From Chthoniobacteraceae bacterium (lineage in GTDB: Bacteria; Verrucomicrobiota; Verrucomicrobiia; Chthoniobacterales; Chthoniobacteraceae), in NCBI GenBank assembly GCA_031409335.1, contig JANNWY010000226.1, positions 1-35,564 of the forward strand: a stretch of 35,564 nt of DNA, given 5' to 3'. Positions 8,266-16,600 of the stretch are shown here, in pieces; positions within the stretch are counted from its first letter, which is position 1, and the number at the start of each line of letters is the position of its first letter. The notes below the pieces were generated by a model. It was not told the DNA's origin. It saw only the letters and a program-made list of their open reading frames with translations, and did no database searches. The position numbers and the translations under genes were made by a program.

Positions 8266-8786
8266 GATTCGCTCTGCTCGCCGCTGCGCTACCGCTGCTG
8301 CTCGCTGGCTGCGCCGGCTATCATATCGGCCCGATCAAGCCTGCGAAATTTGGCAGCGTCCACTCGATCGCCGTGAACAATTTCAAGAACGACACGCTGC
8401 AACCGCGCGTCGAGGTGATGCTGGCGAATTCTTTGATCAAACAGATCCAGCAAGATGGCACCTACAAAGTGGACGACGAGTCCAAAGCGGACGCGCTGCT
8501 GGAAGGGACGCTCGAAGAAATCCGGCGCCGCCCGTCCCGATATGTCCGCGGCAACGTCCTCCAGACGCGGGAGTACACTTTGCAAATCCGCGCCCGGTAT
8601 AAATTGACGCAGCGCGGGACTGGCAAACTGCTTGATGAAAGGACGGTGGCGGGGACCACGAGCTTTTTCGTGAGCGGCTCGGGAAGTGTCGCGGCGGACG
8701 TGAATCAGGATGAGCTGCAGGCACTGCCGCTCGCAGCAGAAGAACTTGCCATCCGTCTGGTCAGTCAGATTTCGGAAGGCTGGTAG
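8262..8786 (+). CDS. lptE: LPS assembly lipoprotein LptE
   Basis: Lipobox LLAGC followed by AGYHIG, SIAVNNFKNDT, ADALLEGTL, C-terminal helix ending EGW. Confidence 0.85.
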   Translation: MRFALLAAALPLLLAGCAGYHIGPIKPAKFGSVHSIAVNNFKNDTLQPRVEVMLANSLIKQIQQDGTYKVDDESKADALLEGTLEEIRRRPSRYVRGNVLQTREYTLQIRARYKLTQRGTGKLLDERTVAGTTSFFVSGSGSVAADVNQDELQALPLAAEELAIRLVSQISEGW

Positions 8787-8808
8787 AGCCAGCCATAGGC
8801 CGGAAAAT

Positions 8809-8843
8809 GAGAACGGACGAAATGGGTCGTTTCGTCCGTTCTC
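8809..8843. terminator. Hairpin between convergent lptE and clpC
   Basis: Perfect 14-bp stem gagaacggacgaaa / tttcgtccgttctc with a 7-nt loop. Confidence 0.75.
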
Positions 8844-8869
8844 CCGAGGAGGAAGCGCTAAAATTTTTT

Positions 8870-11365
8870 CTAACTCGCGCCCGCTGGTTGTTCGGTCGCT
8901 GATTCCGGAACGCGAAAGACGAGCTTGCCGTTCTCCGCGGAAACAGTCGCAGAATCACCCGGCTTAATCGTGCCGCGCAAGATTTCCTCGGCCATCGGAT
9001 CTTCGAGGTAACGCTCCACTGCCCGTCGCATCGGTCGCGCTCCGTAAGCCGGATCGTAGCCTTTCTCGATGAGCAACTCCCTCGCTTTGTCGTCAAGCAA
9101 GAGGTGAATTTCTTTGATCTTAATCCGTTCGAGAACCTTCGCGATTTCGAGTTCCACGATTTTCAGCAACTCGGGTTTTCCAAGCGTGTGAAAGACAATG
9201 AGATCGTCGAGACGGTTCACGAATTCGGGCTTCAGCACGCGCTTCGCCTCGTCGAGGATCTTGTCCTTCATCACGTCGTAAGCCTGCTCGTCCCGATTCG
9301 AGACGCCGAAGCCCACCACGTTCGACTTCTTGATCAGCTCCGCGCCGATATTCGAAGTCATGATGATGATCGTGTTGCGGAAGTCGATCTTTCGGCCCAA
9401 CGAGTCAGTGATTTTGCCCTCTTCGAGGATTTGGAGGAGCAAGTGCAGTACGTCCGGGTGCGCTTTTTCCACTTCATCGAAAAGCACGACGCTGTAAGGC
9501 CGCCGCCGCACCGCTTCGGAAAGCTGGCCACCTTCTTCGTGGCCGACATAGCCCGGAGGCGAGCCGATCAGCCGCGAGGCGGTGAATTTTTCCATGTATT
9601 CCGACATGTCGATCTGGATCAGCGCGTCGCGGTCGCCGAACATGAATTCGGCAAGCGTCTGCGCGAGGAACGTCTTCCCGACGCCAGTCGGCCCGAGGAA
9701 AATGAACGACCCAATCGGACGCCGGGGATCTTTCAGGTCGGCGCGGGAACGGCGCAACGCCTTGCTGATCGCGATCACGGCTTCGTCCTGGCCGATCACC
9801 TTGCCGCGCATCTCTTCCTCCATCTTGAGCAATTTTTGCGTTTCCGCCTGCTCCATGCGGTTGAGCGGGACACCGGTCCATTTCGAGATGACGTGCATGA
9901 TGTCATCCTCACCGACCACGACCTCACGCTCTTCGCGCTGCTCGCGCCACTCGGTGAGAATCCGCTCGAGTTTGTCTTTGGCCTGCTTCTCCGTGTCGCG
10001 CAGCGCGGCGGCTTTCTCGAAATCCTGCGCCTTGATCGCTCCTTCCTTCCGCCCGCGGATTTCTTCGATCTCTTTTTCAATGCCTTTCACGCTCGGCGGG
10101 CGGGTCATCGCGCCGATCCGGGCGCGCGCCCCGGCTTCATCCATGATGTCGATCGCCTTGTCCGGCAGAAAACGCCCGGTGAGGTAGCGGTCGCTGAGCT
10201 TCACCGCTTGCACGAGACTTTCATCCGTGTAGCGCGCTTTGTGGTGCGCTTCGTATTTCGATCGGAGACCTCTGAGAATCTGGATCGCCTGCTCGACATT
10301 GGGCGCTTCGACTTTCACCTGCTGAAAGCGCCGTTCGAGCGCCGCATCTTTTTCGATGTATTTGCGGTACTCATTGAGCGTCGTCGCTCCGACGCACTGC
10401 ATCTCGCCGCGGCTGAGCGCGGGTTTGATGATGTTCGACGCATCCATCGCGCCCTCAGCGGAACCGGCACCGACGATCGTGTGGAGTTCGTCGATGAACA
10501 AAATCACGTTTTTCGTCCGGCGAATCTCATCCATCACGGCCTTGATCCGTTCCTCAAACTGGCCGCGATATTTCGTGCCAGCGACCATTAGCGCCAAGTC
10601 GAGCGTGATGACTTTCTTGTCGCGCAGCAGCTCCGGCACGTTCCCGGACGCGATTTCTTGCGCCAGCCCTTCGACGATCGCGGTCTTCCCGACGCCCGCC
10701 TCGCCGATCAAGACTGGATTGTTCTTCGTGCGCCGGCACAGCACTTGGATGACCCGCTCAATTTCGCTCTCACGCCCGATCACCGGATCGATCTCACCCT
10801 TTTTCGCCAGCTCCGTCAGATCGCGACCGAACGCGCGCAGCGCCGGAGTCTTCTGATCCTTTTTGCTGGTGCCGCCGCTGCCGGAGCCGCTTTCCGAAGG
10901 CCCGTCCTGATCCGCCTCTGGCGGAGTAAAATTCGGGTCGAGTTCCTTCAAAATCTCGTTGCGCGTGCGCTCGATATCGACTTCGAGATTCTTCAGCACG
11001 CGGGCGGCCACGCCTTCACCCTCACGCAGCAGACCGAGCAGAATGTGCTCCGTGCCGACGTAGGAATGGTTCAGCGACTTCGCCTCCTTGCCGGCCAGCG
11101 CGAGCACCTTTTTCACCCGTGGCGTGTAAGGAATGTTCCCGACCATCTTCGTTTCTGGGCCGGAACCGACCTGTTTCTCGACTTCCATGCGGACGGTCTC
11201 GAGGTCGAGGCCCATCTTTTGCAGGACGTTCACCGCGACTCCCTGGCCGAGTTTGATCAAGCCAAGGAGCAGATGCTCCGTGCCCACGTAATTGTGGTTG
11301 AAACGATCAGCCTCCTTCCGGGCGAGTGCCAGGACCTGCTGCGCGCGTGGTGTGAAGTTATTCAT
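8870..11365 (-). CDS. clpC: ATP-dependent Clp protease ATP-binding subunit ClpC
   Basis: Two Clp-N repeats ([13 protein letters not shown]), Walker A GEAGVGKT and [11 protein letters not shown] motif ([11 protein letters not shown]), ClpP-docking VGF loop. Confidence 0.97.
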   Translation of the reverse strand: MNNFTPRAQQVLALARKEADRFNHNYVGTEHLLLGLIKLGQGVAVNVLQKMGLDLETVRMEVEKQVGSGPETKMVGNIPYTPRVKKVLALAGKEAKSLNHSYVGTEHILLGLLREGEGVAARVLKNLEVDIERTRNEILKELDPNFTPPEADQDGPSESGSGSGGTSKKDQKTPALRAFGRDLTELAKKGEIDPVIGRESEIERVIQVLCRRTKNNPVLIGEAGVGKTAIVEGLAQEIASGNVPELLRDKKVITLDLALMVAGTKYRGQFEERIKAVMDEIRRTKNVILFIDELHTIVGAGSAEGAMDASNIIKPALSRGEMQCVGATTLNEYRKYIEKDAALERRFQQVKVEAPNVEQAIQILRGLRSKYEAHHKARYTDESLVQAVKLSDRYLTGRFLPDKAIDIMDEAGARARIGAMTRPPSVKGIEKEIEEIRGRKEGAIKAQDFEKAAALRDTEKQAKDKLERILTEWREQREEREVVVGEDDIMHVISKWTGVPLNRMEQAETQKLLKMEEEMRGKVIGQDEAVIAISKALRRSRADLKDPRRPIGSFIFLGPTGVGKTFLAQTLAEFMFGDRDALIQIDMSEYMEKFTASRLIGSPPGYVGHEEGGQLSEAVRRRPYSVVLFDEVEKAHPDVLHLLLQILEEGKITDSLGRKIDFRNTIIIMTSNIGAELIKKSNVVGFGVSNRDEQAYDVMKDKILDEAKRVLKPEFVNRLDDLIVFHTLGKPELLKIVELEIAKVLERIKIKEIHLLLDDKARELLIEKGYDPAYGARPMRRAVERYLEDPMAEEILRGTIKPGDSATVSAENGKLVFRVPESATEQPAGAS

Positions 11366-11452
11366 CATGTGAATGCTCTGATAACTGCGTTGACATCAAC
11401 TGCTGTAGATTCGCGCGAATGATTTTACTCCGCAAGGGAAGCGAGAAGAAAA

Positions 11453-11468
11453 TGCAAAATTTATGCCG
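11453..11468 (-). promoter_or_regulatory. Putative sigma54 (-24/-12) promoter of clpC
   Basis: Minus strand CGGCATAAATTTTGCA: GG-N10-GC with TTGCA, ~85 nt upstream of the start codon. Confidence 0.6.
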
Positions 11469-11559
11469 CAGAAGGAGCCAAGCTCGACTTTTTGCCCTCA
11501 AAAAAAATCCGGCGCTTGTCTTGGCGTAACCCTGCGCTGAAGATTTCCAACCCGCAAAG

Positions 11560-12684
11560 GTGAAGATTCTCGTCGCGCCCGATAAATTCAAAGGATCGCT
11601 TTCCGCCGTCGCCGCCTCAGGCGCAATCGCGAGGGGATGGAACGCTGTTTTCCCCGACGACGCGATCGAGACTGCGCCCATCGCGGATGGTGGGGAAGGC
11701 TTTGCGGAAGCACTCTGCGCGGCACTCGGTGGTGAATGGATCAAACTCAGGGTCCGCGATCCCATCGACCGCGACATCGAGGCTCGCTACGCGTGGATTG
11801 AAAAGGATCGCATCGCCGTCATCGAAATGAGCGAGGCATCGGGACTTTGGCGCTTGAAAAAGGACGAACTCGCTCCGCTCCTCGCCCACACATTTGGCAC
11901 GGGACAGCTCATCCGCGATGCCGTGGAGCGCGGCGCGAAAACGATTCTCGTCGGCCTCGGAGGCAGTGCGACGACCGACGGCGGGATCGGCATGGCTGCG
12001 GCGCTGGGTCGCGAGTTTTTCGACGCAAACGGCGCAGCGCTTGAGCCGGGTCCGAGGAATCTCGCAAGTCTCGCACGCATCAGCCTCGAACCCGCCATCA
12101 CGCTCCCGGAAATCATCGCCGCGAGCGACGTGCAGAATCCCCTGCTCGGCCCGCGCGGCGCGGCCCGCGTTTTCGCACCGCAAAAAGGCGCCAGCGCAGC
12201 AGACGTCGAGACGCTGGAGCGGCACCTCACGAACCTGGCAAATGTCGTTTCAAAAGACCTCGGCGTGGACTTTCGCGAATCTCCAGGCGCGGGTGCCGCG
12301 GGCGGCATCGGCTTCGGATTGATGAGTTTTTGCCGCGCATCAGTTCGCAGTGGATTCGAGTTGGTCGCGGAGGTCTTGCAAATCGAGCGGCGCATCGTCA
12401 AATGCGATCTAGTCATCACTGGCGAAGGTCGGCTCGACACGCAGACCCTCGATGGCAAAGGCCCCGCTGGAATCGCCGCACTTGCGCGAAAACACGGTAA
12501 ACCAGTCCTCGCCCTGGCTGGCTCGATTAGCGACGATCCAAGGGTGGCAGCCCAGTTCACGAGCTTGATGCCGATCATTGACCGACCCATCCCAATCGCC
12601 GAAGCGATGTCGCGCGGCGCGGAATTTCTCGAACGCGCGGCGACTCGCGCAGCCCGTCTGGTTTCACTCGGAAAAAAACTATGA
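11560..12684 (+). CDS. glxK: Glycerate kinase (GlxK/GarK family)
   Basis: APDKFKGSL, ADGGEG, GLGGSATTDGG, GAGAAGGIG, TGEGRLD. Confidence 0.96.
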   Translation: MKILVAPDKFKGSLSAVAASGAIARGWNAVFPDDAIETAPIADGGEGFAEALCAALGGEWIKLRVRDPIDRDIEARYAWIEKDRIAVIEMSEASGLWRLKKDELAPLLAHTFGTGQLIRDAVERGAKTILVGLGGSATTDGGIGMAAALGREFFDANGAALEPGPRNLASLARISLEPAITLPEIIAASDVQNPLLGPRGAARVFAPQKGASAADVETLERHLTNLANVVSKDLGVDFRESPGAGAAGGIGFGLMSFCRASVRSGFELVAEVLQIERRIVKCDLVITGEGRLDTQTLDGKGPAGIAALARKHGKPVLALAGSISDDPRVAAQFTSLMPIIDRPIPIAEAMSRGAEFLERAATRAARLVSLGKKL

Positions 12685-13616
12685 ACAAACGCATCGCACT
12701 CCTCTTTTCCGGTCAGGGCGCGCAGTCCGTCGGCATGGGCCACGATCTCGCGCAGAAGTATCCCAGCGTCGCCGACCTGTTCGCGCGCGCGGATTCCATC
12801 TTGGGGCGTCCGCTCAGCGATCTCGCCTTCCACGGCCCCGTCGAAGAACTCACCCTCACCAAAAACTGCCAGCCCGCACTCTTCGTCCACGGCCTTGCCT
12901 GCCTCGCTGCGCTCCGGCTGGAGATCGGCGATTTCTCCATCGCTGCGGCAGCCGGACTTTCCCTCGGGGAATTTACCGCGCACGCCGCCGCCGGGACGTT
13001 TCCCTTCGAGCCCGGCCTTCGGCTCGTCGAGAAGCGCGGCCTTTTCATGCAGGAAGCCTGTGAGCAAACCCAGGGCTCGATGGCCGCGATGATCGGCGGG
13101 GACGAGGAAACGGTGCGTTCGCTGGCTGCCGAAACGGATGTCGATGTCGCCAATCTCAACAGCCCCGGACAAATCGTCATTTCGGGTGAAACGGCCCGCG
13201 TCGCACTCGCAGTGTCACTCGCGAAAGAGCGCGGCATTCGCATTGCCAAACTCCTCAACGTCGCCGGCGCGTATCATTCGCGGCTCATGAACTCCGCGTT
13301 CGCGAGGCTCGGAAAGGAACTCGCCACCGTGGAGTTCCAACCGCCGCGTTTTCCAGTCGTGTGCAATACGGACGCGATCCCGGTCGCAGCCGCGGAAACA
13401 ATCCGCAAATCGCTCGAAGATCAGGTAACCGGAACCGTTCGCTGGTCCGACTCAATCGAATATCTGATCGACCGTGAAGGCTGCGACCTATTCATCGAAC
13501 TCGGCCCAGGGGCCGTCCTCGCCGGCCTTCTCCAGCGCATCCGCAAAGGGGTGAAGTGCGTGTCAGTCAGCGATTGCGAGACCTTAAAGTTGGCCGTGGA
13601 TTCAATCCGCAATTGA
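12681..13616 (+). CDS. fabD: Malonyl CoA-ACP transacylase
   Basis: FSGQGAQ, GLSLGE nucleophile elbow, N.PGQIVISG, AGAYHS, ELGPG. Confidence 0.97.
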   Translation: MNKRIALLFSGQGAQSVGMGHDLAQKYPSVADLFARADSILGRPLSDLAFHGPVEELTLTKNCQPALFVHGLACLAALRLEIGDFSIAAAAGLSLGEFTAHAAAGTFPFEPGLRLVEKRGLFMQEACEQTQGSMAAMIGGDEETVRSLAAETDVDVANLNSPGQIVISGETARVALAVSLAKERGIRIAKLLNVAGAYHSRLMNSAFARLGKELATVEFQPPRFPVVCNTDAIPVAAAETIRKSLEDQVTGTVRWSDSIEYLIDREGCDLFIELGPGAVLAGLLQRIRKGVKCVSVSDCETLKLAVDSIRN

Positions 13617-13629
13617 ACGCTGCCGCGCA

Positions 13630-16600
13630 CTACGGACCAACCAGCGGTGCCTGCTCGATCAGTAGTCGTCCGGTTTGAGGTCTTTCCCCAGGAACCGACG
13701 ACCCTTGGAAGCGACCGACAGCGATGTTCAATTTGTCAAAGATGACGCCGCTGAGAGGCGTGCTCGCCCGGCTGACCGGATGAGTGAACGTTCCACTTAG
13801 GAAGCCGGTTTGCGGATCGACCGTGAGTATAATCCTTTCCGCGCCGGGATTGGTGATCGAGATGCGATTCGCAGCGGAATAAGTCATCGTCCTAACTATG
13901 TCATTCAGGAGACTGCCTTCTTGAAGGGTTAGCACGCCGTTATTCGGCGGATTTGGGAAATTCAACGCGGGACTTCCCAATGCCGGAGCTCTGAAAGTCG
14001 ATCCCAGAAGGTCCGCATTCACGATGCGGAACCCGAGTGGAAAATAGCGATCCTTCGACACCACTGGCTTGGACCAGTCAAACTTTCCGGCTAGATCGCT
14101 ACCAGGTCGTGAATGGTCGATTGCGACAAGACCAACCAACACTCCCCGGTTATTGTAGAGGTTGGAAAATACCGGCCACGTGTTGTCCCTGGACAATGGT
14201 TGCCTTTGCACCATTCGTGTCCCATCCGGAAGCGTTGCGCGCAAATAGACCGTGCCATCGCTACCCACCGCGACCGTCCCAATCCCATTGCCACGCGGAT
14301 CGCGCAGGGCGTCGCCGATTGGAGACGCTGGCGGCAGCAGGAGCGTGTATCGACCGACGATGCTGTTCGGGCCGCTCGGCACAGGATTCGTGGCACTGTA
14401 AGCCGCGCGATTGGCAATCACCGTCGTCACAAAAGAATTCGCAGAAATAGATCCAACTATCCGCTGCGTCCCGGCCGGGTTCACGTCGATCGTGAAATTC
14501 AGCGTGATCGGGAAGCTATTCACCCGTCTGATTTCACCGACATACTGTCCCGACCCGGTGAACTCCCCGTGCAGTGGGTAGGTGACGCCCGCCAAGACAA
14601 GCTGACCCGTGAACACGCCGGTCGCGCTCACATTCACACGCAGGAACCCGGAGGTCTCAACGGCAAACGCCGCAGGAGCCGGAACCCGGACCAAACCTGA
14701 GTAATATCCGGCGATTTCGCGGACAAACGGGCTGGGAACGAAGTTCGCCGTGAGGGTGGAATCTGCGTTTGGCATCACGAACGCCAGCGCGCGCTGAGTG
14801 CTGTCCGCCACGCCGGTCCATCCGTTGAATACCTGACCAGCGGATGCCACGGCGTTGATCCGGACCACCTTGCCCGCTTCACGCGTGCTCGTGGGAACGA
14901 ATCCCCGGGACACGACTCCCGGCCCGTTGACAGTCACGGTCAATGTCCTGAGCTGGCGATAGTCGAAAAGAACGCTGGTGAGCCGTGACGAGTTTCCATC
15001 CTCATCAATGGCAAAAGCCTCGATCACATTCGACCCGAGTGTCAGATTAGAAAAACGGATGGTAGTCGTGGCAGTCCCAGTTGCCTGTTTATCGACGGTC
15101 ACACTGTTCGCCGCGACAGATACGACCGTGGCTCCCGGGGGAATCCCAACCGCTTCAACCAACATCCCGGCGACAATGTTAGTCGTGGCCGCCAAGCCAT
15201 TGATCACAGAAATGCCAGCCGTGATGTCTCCTTGCGACACCACATAGTTGATCGGAATACTCCAGCGCACCGCCAATGGATTCACCGTATCCGGAACGAG
15301 GCCGGCAATATTCTGGTAGCTGCCACCATTCAAACGATACAAGACACGGGCCACCTTCCGGTTGTCGCCCGCCCTGCCTGAGAATGTCACGGGTTCGGGC
15401 GCATCTATCACCTCGTTTGCGCGGGGCGTGGAGATCGCGATGGCAGGGATGCGAATATCCGGGAACGGATCGTTTTCGACGATGTTGAGGTGGACGCTGG
15501 TTAAGAATCCAAAATTGAAGTCGTAGTCTGGACGAGGCTGGATGGCAATATCGACCGTCTTGGTTGCTTGATAGAAAGTGTCATTGATTGGCTCGAGTGT
15601 AACGGTAACGTCCGTCTGATTCGGACCGATTTCGATCGTATTTCCAACCAGCGGATCCGCCAGAGTCCGGGTCTGTCCATCCGGACCCGCGTATTTCAGG
15701 AGATAGTTTGTCCCGAGAATCTGCGTTCCACCGTAGTTGAGGAATACGATGAGCGGCTTGCTATCGACCAAGTTCCGCCGAATGAGAAAACTCGCGGCAT
15801 CGCCCGAGGTGGCAAAGGTCTCGTTCGCAAGGTTGTCGAGCAGCGTCATCTGCACCTTTGGCCGGTCATTGTCCACGATGATGACTTCCGCGGATACAGG
15901 CACGCCAAGTTGGTAGGCGAGGCTCGTTTGCAGTTGTAGAACGACGTTCTCGGTTCCTTCGATTGCAGCATCTTCCCGAGGCTGGATGACTACCTCAATA
16001 GTCATTTGGAATGCGGGAATCGTGGCAACATAAATGCCGCCGTTGTTCGGAAGCGGGTTGTAGTCGCCGCCTGGCCCAACTCCCGGCACCGCAGACCCAC
16101 CGAGCGTAAAGAATACATCCAGTGGCTGGGGTGAGACTTTGGAGCGGGTGATCGTGAAGACTCCGGGATCCGCCGTCACCTCTGTGCTCCGTTCGCCGGC
16201 CTCACTGTCGGTGGCTTCGACTTTCACGAGATTGATCTCGTCATCGACAATGCCAATCCGCGCGAGGGTGTTTCCGCCAAATGCGATGCCGCTTGCCGTC
16301 CCGGTGCCAACTGGATTCGTCAGCACCAATTGGACGGCCTCGGTTACTTCGGGAGCAGTATCCGCCAGGATTGGAATCAAGATTTCCTTGGTGACATCCC
16401 CATCGGCAAAAGTAAGAGTGCCAGTGGCAACTAGATAGTCCTGCCCCGCAGTAGCTGTGCTAACGGTAGTTTGATAGTTGACCGTGAAACTATCCGTCGT
16501 TCCTCCTAATCGGCGAACCGTGACTGCCTGATTGACTACGGGTTTGAGAATGACATCGCCGGTCCGCGCAACGGAGTCCGCCGCAGTCACGGTAAAACTC

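Noticed and set aside
9104..10591. Long antisense ORFs (also 665-1753, 11787-13172, 25452-26546, 33008-34681)
   Set aside because: They lie opposite well-supported genes and are expected shadows of GC-rich codon usage; no motifs.
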